DNA of 64,000 bases from assembly GCA_963836755.1 (NCBI GenBank), contig CAWIKF010000002.1, positions 608,001 through 672,000 on the forward strand, read 5' to 3'. Every line of letters begins with the position of its first letter. Positions within the stretch are counted from its first letter, which is position 1. Under the pieces are notes generated by a model. That model was not told where the DNA came from, searched no databases, and saw only the letters and a program-made list of their open reading frames with translations. Below, in pieces: positions 1 to 9,234 of this stretch. A program made the position numbers and the translations under genes. The DNA is from an uncultured Verrucomicrobiae bacterium. Its GTDB lineage: Bacteria > Verrucomicrobiota > Verrucomicrobiia > Chthoniobacterales > Chthoniobacteraceae.

Positions 1-886
1 TGCGGCGCACGAGTGCGATGAGCGAAAGCACCGCGCCGATGAAGAGGAAGTGGCCGGCCTCAACGCCGATGCTGAAAAACAATAGCGCGGCGGGGAGGTG
101 TCCCTGCGGCAGACCGGCTTCGCTCAAGCCGCTGGCAAATCCGAGGCCGTGCATCAGTCCAAATGCGAACGCTACGACCCACGGCGCTCGCGCAGTGATG
201 CCCAGCCGTCCTTCGCGTTGATGCACGATTTCCGCCGCGACAAAGACGATGGAGAGTGCGATCACTGCCTCGACGGGCGCTTGCGGAATATGCACCCAGC
301 CGAGCGTCGCCGCCGTGAGCGTGAGGCTGTGCGAAAGGGTGAACGCCGTGACGGTCTTCACCAGCTTCCAGCCGCCGCGCGTGATGATGAGCAGCGCGAG
401 GATGAAGAGCAGGTGATCGATGCCGGTGAGGATGTGCTCGACCCCGAGCCGCAAATACACGCCCGCGACCTGCCACGCTGAGGTGCTGCGCGGCACCATC
501 GCGGCGGGTGCACTAGGCGTAAGGCGCTGCGTCCATTCCGTGCTGTCGGCGAATTCGATCCGCACCAGCGCGTCGGTCATCGTGCCCTCGAGACCGGCGA
601 TGCGCACCGTCTGCCCGCGCAGTTCCGGGTTGCGCAGCCGCCACGTCTGCACCGCCGCCGTGCCGGTGTTGCGCCCGTCCATGGGCGTCAGCTTTTCGCT
701 CTTCCCGGAAAACTCCGGCGTGAGCGCGAGCCGCATCTCGCCGCGCATCGGCGTCTTCCACAGCACGGAAAACTCGCCCGCTTTTTCCTCGTGTAACTCG
801 AGATACGCGGGACGGATTTCGTGCGCCTGCGCCGCCGCCGTCGCGAGGAAAAGCGCGCACGCAACGCGTTGAAGAATCCGCTTCAT
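1..886 (-). CDS. HupE/UreJ family membrane protein (C-terminus runs off the window)
   Basis: Not in ORF track. ATG at 886 overlaps the upstream TGA. Reads MKRILQRVACALFLATAAAQAHEIRPAYLELHEE...LGVEHILTGIDHLLF...AFTLSHSLTL...FAFGFVHGLGFA, which are HupE/UreJ His motifs. Confidence 0.85.
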   Translation of the reverse strand, partial: MKRILQRVACALFLATAAAQAHEIRPAYLELHEEKAGEFSVLWKTPMRGEMRLALTPEFSGKSEKLTPMDGRNTGTAAVQTWRLRNPELRGQTVRIAGLEGTMTDALVRIEFADSTEWTQRLTPSAPAAMVPRSTSAWQVAGVYLRLGVEHILTGIDHLLFILALLIITRGGWKLVKTVTAFTLSHSLTLTAATLGWVHIPQAPVEAVIALSIVFVAAEIVHQREGRLGITARAPWVVAFAFGLMHGLGFASGLSEAGLPQGHLPAALLFFSIGVEAGHFLFIGAVLSLIALVRR

Positions 887-1770
887 CGCACGGCGTCCTC
901 GCTCGCCTGCGGCACCGGCAACCGCCCATCGAGAGAACCAATCAGCGGCTTCACGCTCTCATCCACGGAGACGCCGTATTTTTTCAGCAAGCTCGCAAAG
1001 TAACCGGCGCTGCTCTCACGCTGCTGCTCGTCGCGCCAGCGTTCCTGCACTTGCGTCTGGACCTCGGCAAACTCCCGCAGCCGGCCCGGCGTCAGCTCCG
1101 ACACGCGCACGAGATGCACGCCATAGCCCGAAATGACCGGCCCGCTCCACACGTCCGGCTTGAGCTTCAACACAGCGCTGGCGAAATCCGGCCCGAACTG
1201 CGCCGCGACCGCCCGCTCGTCCGCATCGCGCATCTCCGCGTCGATCAGCAGTTGGTCGCCCATGGCCGCGGCATCCGCTCCCCGCGCAAGCTCCGGCAGC
1301 GCCTTCCGCGCGTCCGCCTCGGCATCCGCGCGTTTTTCACGGCTGAAGAAAACGTGGGTGAACGAGACGCGCGCCCCCATTTGAAAAAACTCCGGGTGCG
1401 CGTCGTAGAAGCGCCTCAAGTCCTGCTCCGTCGGCTCCCTGAGCCGTGCGGTATCGTCCACGAGAAAGGCGACCTTCTGCGCGAGACGGCGGCGGACGAT
1501 CGTGTCGTCTTCATCGAGCCGCATCGCGCGCGCCTCGCGGGCCAGCAACTCCTCTTTCAAGAAATCCGTGACCAGCCCGCGCAACTCCTCGCGCGACGGC
1601 TCCCGCCGCCACTGCCGCGACCAAGTCTCCTTCAGCCACGCCACCTCATTCGCCGTAATCCGCACCACCGGCACCGCCTCCACCTCGCCGCGCCGCAGCC
1701 ACGAGTAAGCCGCAAACAGCAGCCCACCGAGGACGACGAAATGAAGCAGCGGTTCGCGGAAGAGTTTCAT
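883..1770 (-). CDS. PpiC/rotamase-type peptidyl-prolyl isomerase family protein
   Basis: N-terminal anchor EPLLHFVVLG; WSGPVISGYGVHLV rotamase motif; translationally coupled to the HupE/UreJ gene. Confidence 0.85.
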   Translation of the reverse strand: MKLFREPLLHFVVLGGLLFAAYSWLRRGEVEAVPVVRITANEVAWLKETWSRQWRREPSREELRGLVTDFLKEELLAREARAMRLDEDDTIVRRRLAQKVAFLVDDTARLREPTEQDLRRFYDAHPEFFQMGARVSFTHVFFSREKRADAEADARKALPELARGADAAAMGDQLLIDAEMRDADERAVAAQFGPDFASAVLKLKPDVWSGPVISGYGVHLVRVSELTPGRLREFAEVQTQVQERWRDEQQRESSAGYFASLLKKYGVSVDESVKPLIGSLDGRLPVPQASEDAVR

Positions 1771-1788
1771 GATTTTGCAACGATGGAT

Positions 1789-2073
1789 TCAGGCGCCGCA
1801 GCGGAAATTCAGATTCGGCGGGAGCGCGAAGTTCACGACCAAACAAAGCGCCCGCAACCCACACGCCAGCACCCCGAGCCAGAGCCGACCGGTGCCGAAG
1901 TAAAAGTGCACGAAGCCCAAGATCGCTGCCATCCACGCCACGGCGAAACCCCCCAGCGCGAAAAACCTATGCACCCACGCCCCGCGCTGCCGGAGGCCGA
2001 CGATCAGATGCGGCAACGCCATCGTGAGACACGCCGCCGCGACCATCGACCAGATGACGGTAACCCAACTCAT
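1789..2073 (-). pseudogene. Truncated N-terminal membrane segment of a sensor histidine kinase-like protein
   Basis: MSWVTVIWSMVAAACLTMALPHL...GRLWL...PNLNFR resembles the membrane N-terminus of long PAS sensor kinases, but the ORF ends after ~94 aa. Confidence 0.5.
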
Positions 2074-2360
2074 CGGCGCGTGCGGATTGAGATTCGCAAT
2101 TTTACTCGCATCCATACCCAAACCTAATGACACAAACGGTCATTGCCAGCCAGAACGATCAAGAGCGTCTGGCAACTTACGAACCTGGCTGATGATTTTT
2201 TCGTCCACAAACAACTCATTGGCAGACATTTGGTCCAAAATGATTCCGAAAAACAAAAAGGGTTCCCTTGGACACTTGTTCGACTCGATGCAAATGTCAG
2301 CATCAGCGCGCGGATCGACGATAGTCAGGTTCGACCACATCAACCAGCCCCGAAGCCACT

Positions 2361-2390
2361 CGTGAAAATCCGTGACAACCCGTGACAACT
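2361..2390. repeat. Three tandem 10-bp direct repeats (CGTGAAAATC CGTGACAACC CGTGACAACT), integrase arm-site-like
   Basis: Repeats seen directly, ~100 bp from a tRNA 3'-end-like sequence. The arm-site role is inference. Confidence 0.55.
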
Positions 2391-2493
2391 TTTCGTGCGC
2401 AGATATGCAGATCGTTTTGAAAAAACGGAGCGAAACGGAACCGCGCCATATGCACGTATTACTCTTGCGATGCGCATATCTTCACGTTTTTGA

Positions 2494-2534
2494 TTGGCGG
2501 AAGGAGTGGGATTGAAACCCATTCCTTCCGCCAA
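2494..2534. mobile_element. att-like tRNA 3'-end fragment forming a 17-bp inverted repeat
   Basis: TTGGCGGAAGGAGTGGG-ATTGAAA-CCCATTCCTTCCGCCAA. Both strands read like a T-arm plus acceptor stem ending in CCGCCA (tRNA-Ser-like). No 5' tRNA half is visible. Confidence 0.5.
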
Positions 2535-2683
2535 ATTTTTCGGAACGGCTGGCTGCTGTTTCGCTCGGCACGTGAGCTTTTCTCTGCTCAAGCTGCATCC
2601 GTCGCTCGCGGTGAGGACGAAGAACCTTGCAATCGTCGAGGCCGACAGCCTTACTTCATTCCACCAGTAGCCGGAGAAAAAAT

Positions 2684-3838
2684 ATGAGCAGCATCAACGC
2701 CGAAACTGAGGTCAAACGCCGTTACTCCCACGCGGCAAAAGTGCAGGAGGCGCAACTTTGCTGCCCGGTCGACTACGACAAAAAATTCCTCGAGGCGATC
2801 CCGGCGGAGGTCGTCGAAAAAGATTACGGCTGCGGCGACCCGAGCAAATATTTGAGGCCCGGCGAGACAGTGCTCGATCTCGGCTCCGGAACGGGAAAGA
2901 TCTGTTTCATCGCCGCGCAAGTCGTCGGGCCGACCGGACGGATCATCGGCGTCGACATGACCGATGAGATGCTGGAAGTGGCGCGACGAAATGCGCCAAT
3001 CGTCGCGGAGCGGATCGGCTACTCAAACGTGGAGTTTCGCAAAGGCTACATCCAGGACCTTGCTCTCGACTTGGAACTGCTCGACCGCGAGCTGCAAAAA
3101 AATCCGATCAGCGACATCGCGTCCTTCGTCGCCGCAAATGAGCGCGCGGAGGATATCCGGATTAAAAATCCGTTGATTGCATCGGACTCTGTCGACGTGG
3201 TTGTTTCCAACTGCGTGCTCAACCTTGTGGATGCAAAGTGCAAGCGGCAGCTATTCGAGGAAATCTTTCGCGTCTTGAAAAAAGGAGGCCGCGCGGTGAT
3301 CTCAGACATCGTTTCCGACGAGCCGGTGCCGGAGGAGATGCAGCAGGATCCGGAGCTATGGTCAGGATGCATTTCTGGCGCCTTGACGGAAGAAGGTTTC
3401 CTCAAAGCGTTTTCAGACGCCGGTTTTTACGGGATTGAAGTGCTGAAGTTTGATTCCATTCCATGGCGGACGGTGCAGGGTATCGAGTTTCGTTCGGTGA
3501 CGGTGCAGGCTATCAAAGGAAAGCAAGGTCCGTGCTTTGAAAGGAACCAGGCAGTCATCTACAAAGGTCCTTTCAAGGAAGTGCTCGATGACGACGGTCA
3601 TCGTATGGAGCGCGGCCGACGCTACGCGGTTTGCGATAAGACCTACAACCTTTACCGGAAGCAGCCTTATAACTCTTACTTCGAATTTCTGGAGCCTTTG
3701 ACGGATATCCCACTCGAAGAGGCGAAGCCTTTTGATTGTTCGCGCACTGCACTGCGGCACCCGAAGGAAACGAAAGGCCAGGACTACTCCGTCACGACCG
3801 AAGCTTCGGCCTGCTGCGACGCCGGCGGCTGCTGCTAA
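2684..3838 (+). CDS. arsM: ArsM-like arsenite S-adenosylmethionine methyltransferase (long form with C-terminal extension)
   Basis: [38 protein letters not shown] and WSGCISGA conserved Cys motifs; C-terminal [16 protein letters not shown]. Confidence 0.85.
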   Translation: MSSINAETEVKRRYSHAAKVQEAQLCCPVDYDKKFLEAIPAEVVEKDYGCGDPSKYLRPGETVLDLGSGTGKICFIAAQVVGPTGRIIGVDMTDEMLEVARRNAPIVAERIGYSNVEFRKGYIQDLALDLELLDRELQKNPISDIASFVAANERAEDIRIKNPLIASDSVDVVVSNCVLNLVDAKCKRQLFEEIFRVLKKGGRAVISDIVSDEPVPEEMQQDPELWSGCISGALTEEGFLKAFSDAGFYGIEVLKFDSIPWRTVQGIEFRSVTVQAIKGKQGPCFERNQAVIYKGPFKEVLDDDGHRMERGRRYAVCDKTYNLYRKQPYNSYFEFLEPLTDIPLEEAKPFDCSRTALRHPKETKGQDYSVTTEASACCDAGGCC

Positions 3839-3839
3839 T

Positions 3840-4754
3840 ATGGCTGAGACCCCACATTCGCGGGACGAGATGGAGAATCTCGTCGAGAATATCGTCGAGG
3901 CTTCGAAGTCCGTCTCGCCCGAGCGCACCAGTTCCCCGAACTGGATCGCGGGAGAATTTTTCGGCACGTTTCTTCTCGTCTTCTTCGGTTGCGGAAGCGT
4001 GGCCACTGCGGTGCTGACTGGTGCGCAGGTGGGAATTTTCCAGGTTGCCATCGTCTGGGGACTAGGCATCGCGACAGCGATCTATCTCACCGGTTCCTTG
4101 AGTGGTGCGCACCTAAATCCAGCCGTCACGACGGCGATGGCGGTCTGGTCGGATTTTCCGAAGAGAAAAGTCATTCCCTACATCTGCGTGCAGTTACTCG
4201 GCGCGCTTGTTGCCTCGTCAGTGCTCTTCGGCATTTACGGAGATCAGTTGAACGCTTACGAAAAGGAGCATCACATCACTCGCGGCGCGCAGGGGAGCGA
4301 GGCGTCTGCGATGATCTTCGGAGAATATTTCCCAAATCCCGGCGGCAAAGCTCTGGACGATGCCGCGCGTGAAAAGATTTCACACTTGGGCGCCTTTTGC
4401 ACGGAGGTGGTTGGAACTGCCATTTTGTTGCTGGTCATCTTTTGCGTGACTGATGCGAATAACGGCACGCGACCTCAGATCCTAACCGCGGCCACGATAG
4501 GTCTTACGGTTACTCTGCTAATTTCTCTTTTTGGGCCGCTGACGATGGCGTGCTTCAATCCCGCGCGCGATTTCGGCCCGAGACTATTTTCCTCAATCGC
4601 TGGATGGGGATCGATCCCTTTCACAACAAATGGCATCGGCTGGCTCTCAGTCTACCTCATCGCGCCGATCGTCGGAGGCTTGGTCGGTGGAGGAATCTAT
4701 CGTGCTTTCTTCGCGCCAAGCTATTGCACGACGGTGAACGATAGCGAACGCTAG
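3840..4754 (+). CDS. MIP family aquaglyceroporin (GlpF-like)
   Basis: SGAHLNPAVT and FNPARDFGPR motifs (NPARD is the glyceroporin type); starts 1 nt after the arsM stop. Confidence 0.92.
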   Translation: MAETPHSRDEMENLVENIVEASKSVSPERTSSPNWIAGEFFGTFLLVFFGCGSVATAVLTGAQVGIFQVAIVWGLGIATAIYLTGSLSGAHLNPAVTTAMAVWSDFPKRKVIPYICVQLLGALVASSVLFGIYGDQLNAYEKEHHITRGAQGSEASAMIFGEYFPNPGGKALDDAAREKISHLGAFCTEVVGTAILLLVIFCVTDANNGTRPQILTAATIGLTVTLLISLFGPLTMACFNPARDFGPRLFSSIAGWGSIPFTTNGIGWLSVYLIAPIVGGLVGGGIYRAFFAPSYCTTVNDSER

Positions 4755-4772
4755 TCGGCAGTAACTTTGAGG

Positions 4773-5615
4773 CTAAGTCTGCTCCGGCCACGAAGGCCGC
4801 TGCTCGACGAAAGGCATTTCAATAATCGCCGGCAAAGCAAGTTCCTGCGGATCTTGATAAGCAGGAATACCGATGACCACATCACGGTTCGTGGTTGGCA
4901 GACGCAACGTGCGATGAAGCCAATCCCACAGAGTCAAGCCGCTCGACCAATTGGAGTTGGTTTCTCCTTCCAGAACGGAGTGATGAATTTCATGAAGACG
5001 CGGGGTGACGACAAACTTTCCCAGCCTTCTTTCCAGCTCGATGGGAAGTTCCACGTTAGAATGATGAAACAAGATTTCCATTAGCAGCGCTGTCTGCCAG
5101 ATCGAGAGAGCGCGCGGGCAAACTCCGATCAAACAAATTTGCGCAGCGCGCCAAAGGACGGATATCGTAAGTTCGCCAAAGTGAAATCGCACCGCAGTGG
5201 AAGCATCCATGTCGAGATCGACGTGGTGGACTTGATGGAAGCGCCATAGAAAAGGAACCCGATGAGTAAGGACGTGCCAAAGGTAAAGCGTGTAGTCCAG
5301 CAGTAGGATCGCGAGACTTATCTCGAACCATGAAGCTAGAGAAAACTGCTTCAGCAGCCCGATTCTCCGGCGTTCCACCCAGTGGGAAAGCGGTCCGGTA
5401 ACAGGTCTTTCAGCCAGTTGCAGAACGCCGGCGCTGATCCCGGCGAAGGCAAGATTGCGCAAGTCGCGCCGCGTTTTTGATTCCACGGAACGTCGTAAAG
5501 GTCTGCGAAGCTCCAGCACGACCAAACCTGCAAAAGTAGCTCCAACGAGCAATCCGTTAAGCCAGCCAGGAACACGTTTTGCACGAACATTTTCTGCAGC
5601 TTCTTCGCGTCTCAT
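4773..5615 (-). CDS. Sterol desaturase / fatty acid hydroxylase family protein
   Basis: His boxes YLWHVLTH, FHQVHH, FHHSN, HEIHHS and WDWLHRT. Confidence 0.9.
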   Translation of the reverse strand: MRREEAAENVRAKRVPGWLNGLLVGATFAGLVVLELRRPLRRSVESKTRRDLRNLAFAGISAGVLQLAERPVTGPLSHWVERRRIGLLKQFSLASWFEISLAILLLDYTLYLWHVLTHRVPFLWRFHQVHHVDLDMDASTAVRFHFGELTISVLWRAAQICLIGVCPRALSIWQTALLMEILFHHSNVELPIELERRLGKFVVTPRLHEIHHSVLEGETNSNWSSGLTLWDWLHRTLRLPTTNRDVVIGIPAYQDPQELALPAIIEMPFVEQRPSWPEQT

Positions 5616-6136
5616 TTGGAAATAGCGGGGACATCTGCGCGGTATTTTTGATCCAGCAAAGCACCCCACGATGAATCGTAGGGATGAACCTTGTCAGTCA
5701 CGTGCCCATCCTTAAAGACCGGTCGGCCTTCATTCACCCATTGGAAGATCGAACCTTTGAGATCATAGGCATTTTTAAAACCTGCTTTTTTCAGCGCCTC
5801 AACGAAAGCGCTCGAGCGATAACCGACCGAGCAGTAGGCAACGATAGCGGTATCCTTCGACACCTCCAGCGCGGAAGCGGGCAATCCAGGATCGATGCGG
5901 CGAGCGCCTTGCAGATGACTCACTTCAAACTCCGCGGGAGTGCGGACATCGATCAAGAGCGGCGGCTTGCGGTGAGGATCATGAAGCCAGGCATCAAGCT
6001 CGGCGGGCTCGATCTGGGCGGCATCTGGAAATTTATGACGGATCGTATAATTGAGCAAACTCCACCGAATGCTTTGTGCCGAAGCCACACATCCGATTGC
6101 CAACAGTGCCAGAATCGTGCAGGAGAGCACTTTCAT
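5612..6136 (-). CDS. Rhodanese-like domain protein with signal peptide
   Basis: LIDVRTPAEFEVSHLQGA, YCSVGYRS, LKGSIFQW; hydrophobic N-terminus. Confidence 0.88.
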   Translation of the reverse strand: MKVLSCTILALLAIGCVASAQSIRWSLLNYTIRHKFPDAAQIEPAELDAWLHDPHRKPPLLIDVRTPAEFEVSHLQGARRIDPGLPASALEVSKDTAIVAYCSVGYRSSAFVEALKKAGFKNAYDLKGSIFQWVNEGRPVFKDGHVTDKVHPYDSSWGALLDQKYRADVPAISK

Positions 6137-6239
6137 TTCATAGGACTTCTGATCGATTTTTCATCCCTTCCCAGTATTCGAGTTCAACCACCTGTTCGGA
6201 TGAAATGGAGTTAATAAAGATGATGAAGCATCGCTGCTT

Positions 6240-6914
6240 ATGATTTCGGTGATCATCCCGGTTTACAACGAAGCTGCTCATCTTCCTGCTACTTTAGCAG
6301 CAGTAAAGGCCGCCCCAGAACCGCACGAGGTAATCGTGGTGGATGCGTCGAGCAACGATGACACTCCTTCACTGGCTGCTTCATGCGGAGCTCAGCTTCT
6401 TTCCTGCGTGCGCCGCCAACGGGCAAGCCAGATGAACATCGGCGCGCGGCATTCCACGGGCGATACTTTTCTGTTTCTGCACGCGGATACTCTCCTTCCG
6501 CCTTCGGCTTTGATGAAAGTAAATCAAGTCCTGCGAGATCCGCAGGTGGTCGGTGGGGCCTTTGCGCGGCGATTCCAATCCTCATCGATTTTTCTGCGAC
6601 TGACTTGCATGCTTGCGGAAATGCGGAGCCGTTGTGCGGGATGGTTTCTGGGGGACCAGGCGATGTTCGTCCGGCGGAAGGTGTTTGAAGAACTTGGCGG
6701 CTTTCGCGATCTCGATCTGTTCGAGGATTTGGACTTCGCTCGGAGGCTGCGCACGCGGGGACAGGTGGTGACGTTGCGCCCGCCTGTATTTTCTTCAGGC
6801 AGACGATTTGAGCGCTTGGGGCCGATCCCGACGACCTGCGCGGATTTTTTCCTGACTGTCGACTACATCTGCGGCATTGAGCCAAACCTACTCGCGAAAC
6901 GTCATCGCATTTAA
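6240..6914 (+). CDS. TIGR04283-like GT2 glycosyltransferase (arsenosugar/rSAM-associated)
   Basis: ISVIIPVYNEA, RASQMNIGA, FLHADT, GDQAMFV, GGF...FED. Confidence 0.85.
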   Translation: MISVIIPVYNEAAHLPATLAAVKAAPEPHEVIVVDASSNDDTPSLAASCGAQLLSCVRRQRASQMNIGARHSTGDTFLFLHADTLLPPSALMKVNQVLRDPQVVGGAFARRFQSSSIFLRLTCMLAEMRSRCAGWFLGDQAMFVRRKVFEELGGFRDLDLFEDLDFARRLRTRGQVVTLRPPVFSSGRRFERLGPIPTTCADFFLTVDYICGIEPNLLAKRHRI

Positions 6915-6947
6915 GACCGAGTTCCACAATAGTTCATAAAGCGAGTC

Positions 6948-7577
6948 ATGCACATCCTTGAGGTTCCGACTGTTTGTTTGATGCTGAAAGCTCCGATCCC
7001 AGGGCAGGTAAAAACTCGCTTGGCCGCATCAATAGGAGCTGAGCATGCGGCGCGGATTTATCGACGATTGGTGGAACATCAGCTCGCCAACATTCCTCAC
7101 CGCTGGCAGATTCACGTCTGCTTTTCGCCAGTTGACGCACTTTCGGAAATGAGGGAATGGCTCGGACCGAAGCTCCAATATTCGCCCCAAGCCAAAGGTG
7201 ATTTGGGCGAACGCCTTGTTCACGCCGTTGACTCGGTTTTTAGGTCGGGTTGCAAAAGATTGATTGTAATAGGGGGGGATTGTCCGTATCTCGACGAGTC
7301 TACTTTGGCGCAGGCAGCAAAGGAGCTCGCGAAGGCTGACGCGGTGCTCATCCCAGCTTTGGATGGAGGATACTGCTTAATCGGCGTAAAGGCTCCGCAT
7401 CCCGAAATTTTTCGCGACATCGACTGGAGCACTGGGGTCGTCTGCGCGCAAACCGAAGCAAAGATTGCGCAAGCTGGATTGACGCTGATTATTTTAAATC
7501 CGCCACTGGAGGATGTGGATGACGTGGAAAGCTGGCGACGTGCGGAGCGTGTCGTCCATTCTCAACTTCCCGAATGA
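6948..7577 (+). CDS. TIGR04282-like (DUF2064, CofC-like) glycosyltransferase
   Basis: KAPIPGQVKTRL, QAKGDLGERL, IGGDCP, PALDGGYCLIG, DIDWST, DVDD. Confidence 0.88.
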   Translation: MHILEVPTVCLMLKAPIPGQVKTRLAASIGAEHAARIYRRLVEHQLANIPHRWQIHVCFSPVDALSEMREWLGPKLQYSPQAKGDLGERLVHAVDSVFRSGCKRLIVIGGDCPYLDESTLAQAAKELAKADAVLIPALDGGYCLIGVKAPHPEIFRDIDWSTGVVCAQTEAKIAQAGLTLIILNPPLEDVDDVESWRRAERVVHSQLPE

Positions 7578-7643
7578 TCTTCTCAGCTGTGATGCATCCG
7601 TGACGGGGATAGAGAGCGAACCAACCCAACACACGCCGACCTT

Positions 7644-8460
7644 ATGAAGACGAGCATCCTCCTTGGCATAGCTTTAGTAACTTTCACGCAAAGCTCAGCG
7701 TTTGCGGGTGAGAAAAACGTGGAAGTTAGTGTGCCGGCCGGCATCAATCACGGCGACTACGACCGGCTGCTGAAAAAATACGTGAACGATAACGGCTTGG
7801 TCGCTTATCAAAGTTGGAAAAATAACGCCGCGGATCGTGCAGCTCTGGAACAGTATATTGCGCAGTTCCAGCAGAAGGGATCTCCCGCCATAGGCGACGA
7901 AAAGTTTGCTTCGCTAATCAACGCTTACAACGCCGGCGTGCTGGAGTGGATCTTGCAAAAGTATCGGACAGAAAGCATCCAGATCTACAAGGACTCCTTT
8001 AGTGGAAAGCGATACAAAATCGGGAGCCAAACGGTCTCCCTTAACGATATCGAGCACGGGACGCTGCGGCCGCAATACGGTTACCGCACTCACGCCGCGC
8101 TTGTAGCGCCGCGAGAGTTGCCCACCTCTCCAACGCTCCGCCTACACTGCTGCCGCACTCGAAGAGCGGGACGCGCATGCCTATGAGGTATGGCTTGCAC
8201 GGAAAGACATGAATGAATTCAAGCCGCCTGAAAATTCAGTTGATATCTCCAGCATCTTCAAATGGTTCAAAAGCGATTTCGATGACGCGGGTGGAGTCAC
8301 AAAGATTCTTGCTCGTTACGCTCCTGAGCAATACCGGCAGTTCATCCGCGGCGGTAAATACGAAACGACTTATAAGACCTACAACTGGGGTTTGAATGAT
8401 CAGGGCGAACACGGTCACCACTACGGGACCACCAATCTTATTTTTGACAAGATATTCTAG
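7644..8460 (+). CDS. DUF547 domain protein, frameshifted near 8106-8118
   Basis: INAYNA...LNDIEHGTLR...HAALV continues in another frame as CPPL...SSIFKWFKSDF...YNWGLN. About 2 nt are missing in the CAAxSCP motif; sequencing error or pseudogene. Confidence 0.82.
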
Positions 8461-8511
8461 CCTAACTACGCCTAAGGCATCGGGAATTTTGGTGGCGTGG
8501 ACCATTGAACT

Positions 8512-9210
8512 GTGTTTGTGAACATTTTAAAGGGCCACTGGAAGTGGATCGTAATAGGTTTCATACTTTCATTTCTCTCAGCGGCGGCGACCCTGCTTCC
8601 TCTCAAAGAATGGGCAAAGACCTTTGTCGACCTCGTGCAGAGATTTGGTGCTTGGGGAGTCGTTATCTTCATCGGCATTTACGCTTTGGCGACTGTTCTT
8701 TTCGTTCCTGGCTGGATCCTCACCGTGAGCGCCGGCTTGATCTACGGCATCTTCGGCGGCACGGCTGTTGCGCTGATCGGAGCTACTATGGGCGCGCCAC
8801 TTGCCTTTCTCGTTGCTCGTTATCTGCTGCCAGGAAGGATCGAAAGTGGAGCGAAGGAGAATGACCGGTTCAAGAGTATTGACGAAGCTATTGGCAAGGA
8901 TGGCTGGAAGATTGTGGGACTACTGCGACTCAGTCCGTTGATACCATTCAATCTTAGCAACTACCTTTATGGTGTGACGTCTATCCGGCTCGTTCCTTAC
9001 GTGTTGGCTTCAGCAGTGGGAATGCTGCCTGGCACGTTGCTCTATTCTTATCTTGGCGCTGTGGGGAAAGTGACTGTAATTGGTGAAAAATCTGGTCACA
9101 GTCCCTTGCAGTATTTGATGCTCGCAGTCGGCCTGCTCGCTACCATAGTTGTGGCAATTTATGTTAGCCGTCTTGGCCGCAAAGCACTAACAAAGTCCGG
9201 TTCGACCTAA
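8512..9210 (+). CDS. TVP38/TMEM64 (DedA/VTT) family membrane protein
   Basis: LLRLSPLIPFNLSNYLYG, GMLPGT; multiple TM segments. Confidence 0.9.
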   Translation: MFVNILKGHWKWIVIGFILSFLSAAATLLPLKEWAKTFVDLVQRFGAWGVVIFIGIYALATVLFVPGWILTVSAGLIYGIFGGTAVALIGATMGAPLAFLVARYLLPGRIESGAKENDRFKSIDEAIGKDGWKIVGLLRLSPLIPFNLSNYLYGVTSIRLVPYVLASAVGMLPGTLLYSYLGAVGKVTVIGEKSGHSPLQYLMLAVGLLATIVVAIYVSRLGRKALTKSGST

Positions 9211-9234
9211 GCATAAGTGTGGGTCAGCGAGAGC

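Noticed and set aside
1051..2127. Long Arg-rich alternative-frame ORFs (also 20705-21994, 25091-26416, 27571-28881, 60688-62028)
   Set aside because: They overlap well-supported genes on the opposite strand; typical high-GC shadow ORFs.
2140..2388. 82-aa minus-strand ORF
   Set aside because: Non-ATG start inside the 10-bp repeats and no recognisable family; possibly an island remnant but not supportable.
2494..2534. Complete tRNA (e.g. tRNA-Sec or tRNA-Ser)
   Set aside because: Only a 3'-end-like part is present; no D-arm or anticodon arm can be folded.
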